A DNA stretch of 62,931 nt, filler included, from Octopus bimaculoides (Eukaryota), in assembly GCF_001194135.2 (NCBI RefSeq). It is 6 parts of 5 records of this genome, joined end to end, with 100 filler letters (N's around TTAATTAATTAA, not from the genome) between each part and the next. Parts side by side here need not be neighbours in the genome. Positions count along the whole stretch, not along the records: positions 16,362 to 25,694 come from NC_069001.1; positions 25,795 to 39,065 come from NC_068983.1; 4 more parts are not named here. One strand, written 5' to 3'. This document shows, one piece after another, positions 24,251 to 37,770 of the stretch. The position numbers and the translations under genes are program-made. The notes below the pieces were generated by a model. That model searched no databases and had not been told where the DNA came from. It saw only the letters and a list, made by a program, of their open reading frames with translations. Numbering within the stretch: the stretch's first letter is position 1; each line of letters begins with the position of its first letter.

Positions 24251-24379
24251 GAACTCTTACACTAGAAACGATGACAATTTCCTTTTCTTCAAAATCTTGC
24301 CACCAGGAGAGCGACCGGTCAAAATAAACTTAAAATTATGAGAAAGAATGAACACACAAACATATATCACAGTTCTTCG

Positions 24380-24974
24380 CCTCCGTTCCTTAACATACCT
24401 ACCATTATGCCATCTTTTTCTTGGCGCTTTATCTGCTTCCATCAGCTCCAGAGCAGTTCCAATTTCACTGACCAGAATCGGTGGTATTTTTCCCAATATT
24501 TGTTAACGGGGGCGGATCGATTTTCACTGATTTTTAAAACGGTTGACGTAGAAGGTTTTTAAACGCCTCTCCCATTTCGCGTTTGTCCATCGCCATGATC
24601 CTGTCCTTTGACCAATCGAGTACCATCTCTCTTCTGCATCTTTTTAGACTTTTTCCTTTCCTCTGCAGTCTGCACCAATTTCTTCAATCTATAATTCTCG
24701 CCATCATTTCCTAGATGTTGTCTGATTGCTTTTGTTGCTATTAATTTTCTGGACCAGTGAATTGTAGTTTTCATCGACCTCTTCAAGTTGACTCGAAACT
24801 TTCCTCGTGATAGCATCCGGAAACTGCATCACTTCGAAGGTCGTAGTAACGCGTTGATTCTTCTTTGAAGTGTGCAGAGCGGTTTTCTGTTTTTCTCTCT
24901 GATTTAGTTGATCAGGATCTTCGCCTGTAGCAAACGATGATCGCTGCTGGGGTTGGCGCCATCACCGAGACGTC
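24380..24974 (-). mobile_element. Decayed RTE-clade LINE fragment (endonuclease-RT linker)
   Basis: KAIRQHLGNDGENYRLKKLVQTAEERK and IPPILVSEIGTALELMEADKAP, typical of the region just before RTE RT. Confidence 0.75.
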
Positions 24975-25017
24975 CTGAAGTCAGTTTGTATTATAACTTC
25001 ATATTCTAAAGTGATGC

Positions 25018-25054
<37 letters not shown>

Positions 25055-26292
25055 ACACACACTCACGCACATACGCACGCATACATAATGCATATATATA
25101 TATAAATATACATACACATATATATATGTATATGTATGTATGTATGTGTGTGTGTGTATATGGATGTACTGATATACGTGCATGATCGTGTGGTATCTGT
25201 ATGTGCGTGTATGGATTTATATATATATATGTGTGTGTATGCATGTATACACACATATATACATGTGAGTGTGTGTCTGTGCATGTGTACGTGAGTGTAT
25301 GTGCGTGTCTGTCTGCATGGGTATATATACGTATGTTTGTACCTATGTGTACATATTCTTCTGTATGTATGTGTATGTATGTATATATATATACACCCAT
25401 GCACCAACAACTATATATCACTCCGTCCATGCATCTCATTTTATTTTTACTATATTTTTAATTTTTCATTTTTATTTTGACCATACATGTATAACATCTA
25501 TAGTTTAAAATCCTCCTAACCACTATTTAATTACATTAAACTCTAATGATTTTCTACTCCGATTTTTAGGACTCTACTGTCCCCCTTTAGGGTCTTCTCT
25601 TTTCGGAGTCACAGACAACATTTTTTTCATGAGGGAGTGTTTTTCATAAGTGATCCTTCAATTTAATGTTCAACTATTTTCAGATATATATATANNNNNN
25701 NNNNNNNNNNNNNNNNNNNNNNNNNNNNNNNNNNNNNNTTAATTAATTAANNNNNNNNNNNNNNNNNNNNNNNNNNNNNNNNNNNNNNNNNNNNCTATTA
25801 TGATATATATATATGCGTGTGTATGTGTGTGTGTGTGTATGTGTATATGTATATACACACACATACATGTATACAAGCAGCTGCAATACGTACCAATTAT
25901 GGTGCAATGTTAGTCTGCTGCGTATGATGGATGATATGTCTACACAAGTCTCTCTTTAGTTACGCCTCGGGCCAATACCGACCCGTCTCTATGTCTATGA
26001 ATCTGTACAACAGTGCGACACGGTAACAAATGGCCCATCAATGGCTGCAACGACCACGACCACGACCATTTGGTGAAAGCGAATTTAACCAGAATGATAA
26101 ATCTAAGCGTTCATTTTTATACATGCGTTTCTCAAGGTGTCGTATGCAGATGCTGGCAAGTTTGCCTACGTGCACACACAGACACACATACATACATTTA
26201 TATATACACACGCATGTATGAATGGATTTGAAAGACAATGGGTATAATGGAAAGTGTTTTCATTGTTATTGTTAATGAATTATACACACACA

Positions 26293-26790
26293 CAGTAACC
26301 ACTCGCCATATCGCGGTTCACCTATCGCGCCCTCAGTACATCGCGGATTTTTCTGGCTACTGATTTTGGTTTGATCTTGTTTCAGCTCATGAGCTGTGGA
26401 CATGCTGGGGCACTGCGGACTCCTCAGTATGTCGCGGGTTTCTGCGGACGATAGATATTTATATTTTGATTATTTCTGCGGGAAATTAAGCATTTTCACG
26501 CCTAAAAATGAGTAAATTAATAGATAAAAATGCAGTACAGCACTGCACTGTATAAAATATATTAAAAGAAAATACGTAGTGTACCGTAGATGAGTAAGCA
26601 AAGAATTGCACATACTGTATGGAAAACGAAACTCGGGAGGCGAGTGTGGGGTGTTGTTTTGCATTTATAATTAAATATATACAAATTATAAAAATAATTA
26701 AAAAATATACAGTACAGTACTGTTTCTGCTTCGCGGATTTTCACCTATCACTGGGGGTTTGGGAACGATATTCGAGGGCTTACGCATCCT
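26293..26790 (+). mobile_element. Tigger/pogo-like non-autonomous element (MITE)
   Basis: Starts CAGTAACCACTCGCCATATCGCGGTTCACCTATCGCG; subterminal TTCGCGGATTTTCACCTATC repeat near the 3' end; AT-rich non-coding interior. Confidence 0.7.
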
Positions 26791-28040
26791 TTTCCAAGTN
26801 NNNNNNNNNNNNNNNNNNNNNNNNNNNNNNNNNNNNNNNNNNNNNNNNNNNNNNNNNNNNNNNNNNNNNNNNNNNNNNNNNNNNNNNNNNNNNNNNNNNN
26901 NNNNNNNNNNNNNNNNNNNNNNNNNNNNNNNNNNNNNNNNNNNNNNNNNNNNNNNNNNNNNNNNNNNNNNNNNNNNNNNNNNNNNNNNNNNNNNNNNNNN
27001 NNNNNNNNNNNNNNNNNNNNNNNNNNNNNNNNNNNNNNNNNNNNNNNNNNNNNNNNNNNNNNNNNNNNNNNNNNNNNNNNNNNNNNNNNNNNNNNNNNNN
27101 NNNNNNNNNNNNNNNNNNNNNNNNNNNNNNNNNNNNNNNNNNNNNNNNNNNNNNNNNNNNNNNNNNNNNNNNNNNNNNNNNNNNNNNNNNNNNNNNNNNN
27201 NNNNNNNNNNNNNNNNNNNNNNNNNNNNNNNNNNNNNNNNNNNNNNNNNNNNNNNNNNNNNNNNNNNNNNNNNNNNNNNNNNNNNNNNNNNNNNNNNNNN
27301 NNNNNNNNNNNNNNNNNNNNNNNNNNNNNNNNNNNNNNNNNNNNNNNNNNNNNNNNNNNNNNNNNNNNNNNNNNNNNNNNNNNNNNNNNNNNNNNNNNNN
27401 NNNNNNNNNNNNNNNNNNNNNNNNNNNNNNNNNNNNNNNNNNNNNNNNNNNNNNNNNNNNNNNNNNNNNNNNNNNNNNNNNNNNNNNNNNNNNNNNNNNN
27501 NNNATGTATGTATGTATACTACTCAGCAACAGTCATAAAGAAAGGAAATACAAAACCATGTGATTTTTATAAGAAAAACATGGACTTTCAGAACTGAAAT
27601 TATGATTTATTAATTTTATTCATTTCAATATTTTTTCCCTTTCAGCATGACTAAATCCTCTTTTCAAAGTGATAGAAACCGGTAGCTGCTTATAAATTTC
27701 TCAAGGTCTTTGTTTTTGAGTTTTTAATGCGTATACACACACATACACACACACACACACACACATATACGACGGGCTTCTTACAGTTTCCGTCTACCAA
27801 ATCCACTCACAAGGCTTTAGTCGGCCCGGGGCTATAGTAGAAGTGTGTATAAGTCCAGAAAATTCGATCATGTTTGTATATACATCCCTGTTCATCAACA
27901 GCATGGCACCTATTATGATGGCGATTGTCTCTATTTCCAATCCTCTCCTTAGATTTTAGTTGCCACTATTTCCGGCCTTGTGCTGGTGCAGCCCCGCCTC
28001 TCCCCTTCCAACTTCCATATCCGTGATATGCCGATGGACC

Positions 28041-28440
28041 ATGGAGTGATAAGGTCATGGAATGACAAGGTCATGGAGTGATAAGGTCATCGTATGATAA
28101 GATCATGGGGTCATAAGGTCATGGAGTTACAAGGTCATGGGGCGATAAGTGGGGTGATAAGGTCATGGAGCGTTAAGGTCATGGGGTTATGGAATGATAA
28201 GATCATGGGTGATAAGGTCATGGGGTAAGGTCATGGAGGGATAAGATCAAGGGATGATAAGGCCATGGGTTATAAGGTTATGGAATGATAAGGTCATGGG
28301 GTGATAAGGTCATGGTGTGATAAGATCATGGGGCGATAAGGTCATGGGGTTATGAGGTTATGGGATGATGAGGCCAAGGGGATAAGGCCATGGGGTGATA
28401 AGGTCATAGGTTATAAGGTCATGGTGTGATAAGATCATAG
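28041..28440. repeat. Minisatellite, about 16-17-bp unit GATAAGGTCATGGGGT, roughly 24 copies
   Basis: Direct tandem repetition. Confidence 0.95.
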
Positions 28441-29799
28441 GGTGCCTATGTCTGCTCGCAACTATACAGGCATCTAAAATAATTATCGAAAGCATTGTAC
28501 ATGCCACTAAGTCATGTCTTACTTACGAATAATGGTTATGGTTTATATTTGAATAATTTTTACATTACTTTGAAAAATATACAGTCGTCCGTTGGATTTG
28601 CTAGATCATCGATTATAAGACATATCTGTTCCTGATTGGTTTTGACATTTACATCTGGATGAATTACCTTAGTTTACATATCGATGTGTTTTCGCATGTC
28701 TAAGAATATGATCACCATGTCACTCCCCCACCCAAAGATTTGTGGTGTGTGTTTATATTTTTCCTTTTGTGTGTGTGTGTGGTTATATCACTCCCTCCTG
28801 AACATTTGTTCTTGGGATTAAAAATCATTATTATTTCTATTAGTATTCTCTTGCATCATCAGAGACCGTGCTTTCGTATTCCTGCCAATAACACCTGTTA
28901 TTAAGATCCTCTAATCTTTTCCATTCATTTAGATTGACGCTAAGTTGATGAGGATAGAGAGAGAAAGACAGAGAGAGAAAGACAGAGAGGGGGGGGTGTG
29001 TGGAAGAAAGTGAGAGAATAGAATATTTTTTTTTAAACTTTGCATTTCTTTCGGGATATAAAAAATGAGAACATATTGCACAAGAACATAAAACGTGTTA
29101 TTAATTCTAAGGCAGCTTATTTTTAGAGAAAATAAGCGTTCGACCTTCAACTAAAATACCCACCAAGTGGCATATATATATATATATATGAATAATATAT
29201 ATATATATANNNNNNNNNNNNNNNNNNNNNNNNNNNNNNNNNNNNNNNNNNNNNNNNNNNNNNNNNNNNNNNNNNNNNNNNNNNNNNNNNNNNNNNNNNN
29301 NNNNNNNNNNNNNNNNNNNNNNNNNNNNNNNNNNNNNNNNNNNNNNNNNNNNNNNNNNNNNNNNNNNNNNNNNNNNNNNNNNNNNNNNNNNNNNNNNNNN
29401 NNNNNNNNNNNNNNNNNNNNNNNNNNNNNNNNNNNNNNNNNNNNNNNNNNNNNNNNNNNNNNNNNNNNNNNNNNNNNNNNNNNNNNNNNNNNNNNNNNNN
29501 NNNNNNNNNNNNNNNNNNNNNNNNNNNNNNNNNNNNNNNNNNNNNNNNNNNNNNNNNNNNNNNNNNNNNNNNNNNNNNNNNNNNNNNNNNNNNNNNNNNN
29601 NNNNNNNNNNNNNNNNNNNNNNNNNNNNNNNNNNNNNNNNNNNNNNNNNNNNNNNNNNNNNNNNNNNNNNNNNNNNNNNNNNNNNNNNNNNNNNNNNNNN
29701 NNNNNNNNNNNNNNNNNNNNNNNNNNNNNNNNNNNNNNNNNNNNNNNNNNNNNNNNNNNNNNNNNNNNNNNNNNNNNNNNNNNNNNNNNNNNNNNNNNN

Positions 29800-29854
<55 letters not shown>

Positions 29855-30309
29855 TCGCACGTATGTATAGAGGGGAGAGGCTGGAAGGATATTTCTGAAA
29901 CTAAACTCTACGTTGACAGCTTTGTGTTATAAATGAAAATTCGTACACAAATCACATTATGATGTTAGCGGTGGAACAGATGATTTCAGTAAAAACAGCT
30001 GTGATATATAATTATTTATTCCATTTTAGGGATTGGTGGTGGTGGCGGTGGTGGTAGTGGTGGTGGTGGTGGTGATGGTAGTGTTGTTGTTAGCGGTGGT
30101 CAGTGCAATCGACTCAGCTTTTATTTTAAACCAGTTGCTGCCATTCGTCTTGAAAACCAAACAGAAAATCACAGTTGTCATAAATGCATATAATGATAAA
30201 TCGCCACTCTGCGTTCGTGCACGCATACATGTCCACATCCACCTGTGAGTACATGTATGTTTGTGTCACCTTAACACACACGCGCACACACACATGTTTA
30301 TACATGTTT

Positions 30310-30540
30310 AAGGCGGCGAGCTGGTAGAAACGTTAGCACGCCGAGCGAAATGCTTAGCGGTATTTCGTCTGCCGCTACGTTCTGAGTTCAAATTCCGCCG
30401 AGGTCGACTTTGCCTTTCATCCCTTCGGAGTCGATTAAATAAGTACCAGTTACGCACTAGGGTCGATATAATCGACTTAATCCGTTTGTCTGTCCTTGTT
30501 TGTCCTCTCTATGTTTAGCCCCTAGTGGGTAGTAAAGAAA
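30310..30540 (+). mobile_element. Well-preserved SINE family A copy
   Basis: Near-consensus head, body and GTTTGTCTGTCCTTGTTTGTCC tail, shared with 48665-48850. Confidence 0.92.
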
Positions 30541-30930
30541 TAACACACATGTTTATACATTTATATATGTATACATTAGGTGGAGCGAGGGCGCATGGTC
30601 TGTCTAGTGGTTAGGGGCGTTGTACTCACGATATTGCAGTTTCAATTCCTGGACCGGGTAATGCGTTGGGTTCTTGAGCAACACACTTCGTCTCACATTG
30701 CTCTGCTGTCACTTTGACATCTGACTGACACCGTGAACCTTGTTCAAGAGACCTCAATTTGATGGAGGGAGTGCTCTAATTTATAACACCTACATTTTGT
30801 CACCGTAAACTAATCATATGTTCAGGTTGTTTAGCAAGAAATTACAGAACCGTCTTTCTCGGACTACAAAGGCAATAATAGAAGACATTTGCCCAAGGTG
30901 CTATGCAATGGGACTGAACCCCGGACCATT

Positions 30931-31334
30931 GTTGTTGGCATCCTTTTGTCTCGGGAGACAATGGAGTTGCGCATAAACTAATCCAGTCTGGTTTTTACAT
31001 TTCCTGTCCTCTCCAGTTTCCTCTCCAGTTTTGCGCAGGCCTGGGCTAGATGCAAGAAAATCCTGGGTAGCCCAATCGTCAGGATTCCTCTCTCGACCTT
31101 GCTGACGTAGTCCAAAGGAGTGCAGAGCATTACGTTTGGCACCAGCTTGGTTGCAGGAGCTGCCGGAAGAGTGTCGACTCGAGCACTAAACCGCCTACGG
31201 GGCTTCACTCCGGATTTCTTTGAAGGTTGTCTCCTTTCCATAACCCTGGATAGGGGCCCATACCGGATACTGTCAACCGGAGCCAGCTGAGCCCGGGACA
31301 CGTGTCAGGCAGGGTCGTCACTCCCTGAAGTAGT
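30931..31334 (-). mobile_element. 0.4-kb non-autonomous RTE-related retroelement, copy 1
   Basis: Collinear with 57735-58130 with the same ends; 3' end TCCATTGTCTCCCGAGACAAAAGGATGCC(AAC)n resembles the RTE 3' end at about 47940. Confidence 0.75.
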
Positions 31335-31729
31335 GAAGAAAATCGCTACCCACTACCTATAGAGACCACCATTATGATTCTATATTAGGCAGCCGATATA
31401 CTCTGCACTGCCCGAGCTGAAAGCTCAGTCTTAAAGTTAATTAATGCTGCATCGCAATACACTTGAAACATTGAAAAGCCTCTGAAAAACTGATAAGCAG
31501 AGTATCAAAGTCTCTGTTTTAAGCAGCAGGTTACGATATTCTGCAAAAAAGAAGACAAAATTGTAAATTCAGGTTTTTAATCCTTTCTCTCCGTCTAATC
31601 CTAAACACCAAATCTTTACCATAAACTCTAACCATAAACTGTAAACCCTAAAGCATAACCCTTCACTAAAATACTAATTCTTAATCCTTAGACTTAAACT
31701 CTAACCTTTGTTCTTTAGATTTGGAGTGT

Positions 31730-31975
31730 TATTACTCGACAGGATTCATTGTTCGAAAATCACGGCATCTCTGCAGGTTGAGCTTCAACTTCTTCGCATT
31801 GAGACGTCACAGTTCCAGTATTTCGGACACGTGATTAGAATTTCACAGGACAGAATTGCAAGACAGATTCTTCAAGTCGAGCCAACCGGCAGAAAACCCG
31901 AGGAAGAACCAAGAGTGAAATGGTTGGGTAATATCCATAGACTCAGTTAGTCAAGCTTGGGAATGTAGCCAGCTG
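31730..31975 (+). mobile_element. RTE LINE C-terminal fragment
   Basis: LRIETSQFQYFGHVIRISQDRIARQILQVEPTGRKP...PRVKWL (R(L)RWFGHV.RM...GRPR..W motif). Confidence 0.85.
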
Positions 31976-32237
31976 AACCGCTAAGTTACGGAGACGTAAA
32001 CACTCCAACATCGGTTGTCAAGCGATGGTGGGGGGATTAAAACACACAAACACTCACAAAACACACACACACACATATACGACGGGCTTCTTTCAGTCTA
32101 CTAAATCCACTCACAAGGGTTTGGTCGGCCTGAGGCTATAGTAGAAGACACTTGCCCAAGGTGCCATGCAGTGGGAATGAACCAAGAACAATGTGGCTGG
32201 AAAGCAAGCTTCTTGTTGCACACCCACGTCTGCGCCT
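31975..32237 (-). mobile_element. SINE family B copy
   Basis: GACGGGCTTCTTTCAGT...GAAGACACTTGCCCAAGGTGCCATGCAGTGGGA. Confidence 0.88.
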
Positions 32238-32327
32238 ATATCTATGTATACATANNNNNNNNNNNNNNNNNNNNNNNNNNNNNNNNNNNNNNNNNNNNNN
32301 NNNNNNNNNNNNNNNNNNNNNNNNNNN

Positions 32328-32378
<51 letters not shown>

Positions 32379-33206
32379 CATATATCTATTATATAAATAT
32401 AATATATGTATATATATGTATGAATGTATATTTATTTATACATGTACCTGTTATATGTATGTCTGTGTTTGTGATCCTGTGTCTGCGTGCACACATGCGC
32501 AGACATGCACTCTCCCGCATGTGTAAGCACACAATACATCCAACTGCAAACATATGTAGGAAGGTAAAGGTAAAGGTAGGAAAGTTGAAAAGGTGTAAAA
32601 GATGGCGGGCGTATTTACCTGAGGTAAACTTTTGATGATTCATGATTCTTAGACTAACAGATCGAGAATGATTTATATAGAGAGAACGAGGGAGATAGAG
32701 GGGGTGATGGGAGGGAGAGGGAAGGAGGAAAAGAGGCAGAGAGAGAGGGAGAGAGAGAGAGTGGGATTCATTTCGCTTATCCCTTTATAACTAGTGAAGC
32801 ACCTGTTCCATAATTGTTTTACATCTTATGTATGTATGTCTCTATGTATGTATGTATGTATGTATCTGTGTGTGTGTGTATATTTATGTATGCATGGACG
32901 TACGTATGCACACATGTTTGTATATATTCATATGTATGTGCATATGTATGTATATATTCGTATGTATGTGTGCGTATGTTTACGTATATGTGCATAAATA
33001 TGTTTATATACATATACGTAAATACACGCACAAATACATACGAATATATACACACATATACACATACATATATACAAATATATGTGCTTACACATGCGGG
33101 AGAGTGTATGTTTGCACAAGTGTGCACACAGACACGGGATCACACACACAGACATACAAATATATATGTATACATACATACATACATACATACATACATA
33201 CATACA

Positions 33207-33237
<31 letters not shown>

Positions 33238-33684
33238 GTGTGTGTGCGCCGGCATCTATATATGTTTGTTTGGTTGTATGTATGCAAGAATGTACGGTAT
33301 GGTACTTATTTTTATATCATTTAATCATATTAATTCCTCGTAGAAAGAAAGAACTGCTTTCTTAAAAAGAAACAAAGCGCAATTACTGAAATTTGGGTAA
33401 AGAACACGATGAGTATCACACTTGAAAACAGCCTGGCATATTTTGCTGTTCCGCTCTTGTAAAGTGTGTGCTTGTTACTCGCTTCCTTTGCCTCGAATAT
33501 CCTATCTTTTGGCGATCGTCGCATTTACTAATTTAGTCAAATGTCAAATGTTCCAATGATTCTATAACTATGGATTTATAATCAGGATAGAGAAACCGTA
33601 GATTTCGAAGTGGCTGTCTAGAAATATGCTCAATATCTTTGATTTTGGAATGAAATGTTCACTTTTTGTGTAAGTGAGATAGAT

Positions 33685-33846
33685 GCAGGAGTGGCTGTGT
33701 GGTAAGTGGCTTGCTTACCAGCCACATGGTTCCGGGTTCAGTCCCACTACGTGACACCTTGGGCAAGTGTCTTCTACTATAGCCTCGGGCCGGCCAAAGC
33801 CTTGTGAGTGGATTTGGTAGACGGAAACTGAAAGAAGCCTGTCGTA

Positions 33847-33850
<4 letters not shown>
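33685..33850 (+). mobile_element. SINE family B 5' half
   Basis: GCAGGAGTGGCTGTGTGGTAAG...GGTTCAGTCCCAC...ACCTTGGGCAAGTGTCTTC... then (TA)n. Confidence 0.92.
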
Positions 33851-33885
<35 letters not shown>

Positions 33886-34561
33886 CCCGTCGTTTATATA
33901 TATAAACTGTTTACATTTCCACTTACGTCTGAGCATTCATTTAATATACTCGAAGATACATACAGCTAATTCATGCGTATTGAATAAGATATTTATTGTT
34001 AATTCAGTCTCNNNNNNNNNNNNNNNNNNNNNNNNNNNNNNNNNNNNNNNNNNNNNNNNNNNNNNNNNNNNNNNNNNNNNNNNNNNNNNNNNNNNNNNNN
34101 NNNNNNNNNNNNNNNNNNNNNNNNNNNNNNNNNNNNNNNNNNNNNNNNNNNNNNNNNNNNNNNNNNNNNNNNNNNNNNNNNNNNNNNNNNNNNNNNNNNN
34201 NNNNNNNNNNNNNNNNNNNNNNNNNNNNNNNNNNNNNNNNNNNNNNNNNNNNNNNNNNNNNNNNNNNNNNNNNNNNNNNNNNNNNNNNNNNNNNNNNNNN
34301 NNNNNNNNNNNNNNNNNNNNNNNNNNNNNNNNNNNNNNNNNNNNNNNNNNNNNNNNNNNNNNNNNNNNNNNNNNNNNNNNNNNNNNNNNNNNNNNNNNNN
34401 NNNNNNNNNNNNNNNNNNNNNNNNNNNNNNNNNNNNNNNNNNNNNNNNNNNNNNNNNNNNNNNNNNNNNNNNNNNNNNNNNNNNNNNNNNNNNNNNNNNN
34501 NNNNNNNNNNNNNNNNNNNNNNNNNNNNNNNNNNNNNNNNNNNNNNNNNNNNNNNNNNNNN

Positions 34562-34850
34562 NGAGCACTCCACAGACACGTGTACCCTTAACGTAGTTCT
34601 CGGAGATATTCAGCGTGACACAGTGTGACAAGGCTGACCCTTTGAATTACAGGCACAACAGAAACAGGAAGTAAGAGTGAGAGAAAGTTGTGGTGGAAGA
34701 GTACAGCAGGGTTCGCCACCATCCCCTGCCGGAGCCTCGTGGAGCTTTAGGTGTTTTCGTTCAATAAACATTCACAACGCCCGGACTGGGAATCGAAACC
34801 GCGATCCTACGACCGCGAGTCCGCTGCCCTAACCACTGGGCCATTGCGCC
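34562..34850 (-). mobile_element. SINE family C copy
   Basis: Nearly identical body to 36125-36290; tRNA-like head at about 34780-34850. Confidence 0.88.
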
Positions 34851-34984
34851 TCCTCCCGCCGCCCTATATATATACTGCTAATATTGAGCACGAATCTGTA
34901 GCACAGTGCAGTGGAAACTCGACTATTATAAATGTAATGGAAAACAATTTCCTTTCTTATATAGAGGATAACGTTTCAAGAAAA

Positions 34985-35330
34985 ATCCAATATTCTTCCT
35001 CCATTCCACAGAAATGCCACCATTTATAACAATGCTGCACCATTTACAATTACTTTTCAACTTGTGCACCACTGAGCATTCTGATAGTTGCAAATAGTTT
35101 TGGCAACATTATCATATTTTCTGTGGGGAAAATAATACCCTGTAGAAATTTCTTGGCAACCGCTGATGACTTGAGTGATAACTTCACTGATATGGCGCAG
35201 TCGGCATTATCTATCACAACTTGGCGATTTGGCGGTATCATTTGCTCTCTATTTGATCAGATATTTAGCAGTTGTGTCTTGTTCCTCTTCCATCTCCCCT
35301 CAAATTTGCTGTTTATGTGTCTAAATCAGA
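34985..35330 (-). mobile_element. R4/Dong-like fragment (zinc-knuckle region)
   Basis: CRLRHISEVITQVISGCQEISTGYYFPHRKYDNVAKTI resembles CRLC...E.I.HI.S.C...S.RYY...RHD.VAK. Confidence 0.65.
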
Positions 35331-36039
35331 AATCATTATCTTTCTATTCTCAAATTAACAAAATCTTTTAAGTCCTCTAATAACGTGTTTGCGACATCTG
35401 AAAGTAATTAACTTCTCCTGTATTTTTTTTATACTATATAAAAGTTCTGTTGGTAAATAATATTCTTTGCTCCCTACTGATTTGTGACCTTCTGGCTTTC
35501 ATTTCTTCGGATATAATATTAAATTACAAATGAAATCCTTCCACACACAACACGACATTACGTTTCTACGTTTCTTGTCTGTTTGTGTAGCCATGCTGTT
35601 TATTACCGCCCTTTATANNNNNNNNNNATATATATAAAAGCGGTTTCTGTTGCCCAGTATCAACCAATGGTGTTGTTGTCATCATCGTTGTTGTTGTAAC
35701 TGTTGCTGCAGTCATTATCACAGCTGTTGACATTGTAGTTATTGGTTTAAAAAAAAAAATATTTAAAATATTAATATTTTTAATATTGATATTATCATAA
35801 ACTAATAAGCTAATGTTTGAACCTGATATTGTCATCGCAACTTCGTCGTCGTCGTCACCACTAAAATTATTATTATTATCGTTCTCATCACCATCAGCAG
35901 TTTCGGGGTGGCGCTAAGTCGATCACATCCTCAACTGATCCAGTCCTCAACTGATCCAGTCCTCAACTGGTACTTATTTTATCGACCTCAAAAGGATGAA
36001 AGGCAAAGTCGACCTCAGTGGAATTTGAACTCAGAAAGT

Positions 36040-36290
36040 TGGCACTCGGTCGGTTACGACGACGAGGGTTCCATTGATCCGATCAACGGAACAGCCTGCT
36101 CGTGAAATTAACGTGCGAGTGGCTGAGCACTCCACAGACACGTGTACCCTTAACGCAGTTCTCGGGGATATTCAGCGTGACACAGTGTGACAAGGCTGGC
36201 CCTTTGAATTACAGGCACAACAGAAACAGGAAGTAAGAGTGAGAGAAAATTGTGGTGAAAGAGTACAGCAGGGTTCGCCACCACCCCCTA
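36040..36290 (-). mobile_element. SINE family C copy (3' part)
   Basis: Matches 2960-3135 and 34562-34730. Confidence 0.88.
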
Positions 36291-36945
36291 TAGTAGAAGA
36301 CATTTGCGTAAGGTGCTGGCGCAGAGGGACCAGACTCGATACCATTGGTAGCAATGTGAGCTCCTTTAACACACAATGCCTGCAACAAAAAAAGGGGCAA
36401 CCTTCCCCTCCTCACAGCATGACTATTTGGTAGTCTCTGAGGCGTTGTTTCACGCATAAAGCGTGCGTAATCTTAGGTGTATCTCCGAATACACGTGACT
36501 ACAGAGATGAATCAATGAAGCGTGTCGAAGAATCGTGTGAAAACAGTGTCTCCCAGCTAAGTATTACACCTTAATATCCACCGTTTCACTGCTGTTCTGT
36601 CACGTATGAATGTCCCTTTAAAGGAACATCTGTGAAGGGGACAACTTGGTGCTCCCAAATTGCTATCAGCTTTGCTAATCTCCAAATCTTTAAAACCTTC
36701 ACTTTTACTTATTTCAGACATTAGACTGTGGCCATGTCGAGGCAACACCTTGATGGGTTTTAGCTGAACAGATTGGTCCCAGTATTTTATAGTTAAAACA
36801 AAAAACAAAACAAAACATCTGGTACTTATTCTATTGGATACCTGTTGCCGAATCGCTAAGTTATGGGGACGTGAACAAACCAACACACGTTGTCAAGCGT
36901 TGATAGGTGGTGCAGAAAGACACAAACACATAGACACGTACTTAT

Positions 36946-37023
<78 letters not shown>

Positions 37024-37121
37024 GGTGAATCTTGCAACCATGAAGTGGAATCGGTCTACCATAACCAAATTTAAATTAACAGTTCAACAGAACTTTTCCC
37101 ACGGTAAAACAATAGTTTTTC

Positions 37122-37770
37122 TGTGACAGCAGTTTTACATTTTCCAGATTGCCTCAGCTAGGCCGAAATAATATCTTCACCACTTGACCTTTCTAACCTC
37201 TCCTAGACCACCAAAAGCTAGAATTAAGATAACAAATACCACCAACTAAATCTATTGTTCTCATCGATATGTCTATTCTTCTGGATAGTTATAAAAGCAA
37301 GAACCCCCAAGCCAAAATCAGTTAGTCACTTGGAGACAACTGAGTTAATCGGCTCATGATAACTCAGTCAGTTAGTTAATGAATGACAAGCTCGAGTCAG
37401 AGACAGTTATCATCAGTTAGGGAGCGGAATGCTAGAATCATGATCACCACCAGCAAAGCAGCTACTAAAGACAATGGTCAAATGGAGAAATGAAATTTAC
37501 TGTCAGCAGCTATGAGGCTCAACTTTCCACACTCACTCACTTTCACTAACTCACTTTGTCTTCTCTACACATTACCATATCTCTCTCTGTGGTTTACTAC
37601 TACAATACGAACACACAGGCCGAAATTAACTTTTTTACTTCGCACGCTCTAGGATTTTATCACCTGCCCGTCGAGGCAAGGTATTGTATTCAATGTAGCG
37701 GTAAATAAATATTTTCTTCACAACTTCAATCACTGTTCTTTCATCTTTACATAATGGCTGTCAACGAAGA
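37122..37770 (+). mobile_element. Candidate LTR (TG...CA) with adjacent PBS-like sequence
   Basis: TGTGACA start, TATAAAA at about 37290, AATAAA at 37704, ends TTTACA at 37751, followed by TAATGGCTGTCAACGAAGA; no second LTR or pol seen. Confidence 0.35.

Noticed and set aside
26619-27563. Long ORFs containing X runs (also 3343, 14237, 29107, 33980 etc.)
   Set aside because: Open only because they cross N gaps
33685-33770. tRNA-like sequences (also at 2818, 12300, 52640)
   Set aside because: These are SINE heads continuing into CORE-like bodies; no complete cloverleaf
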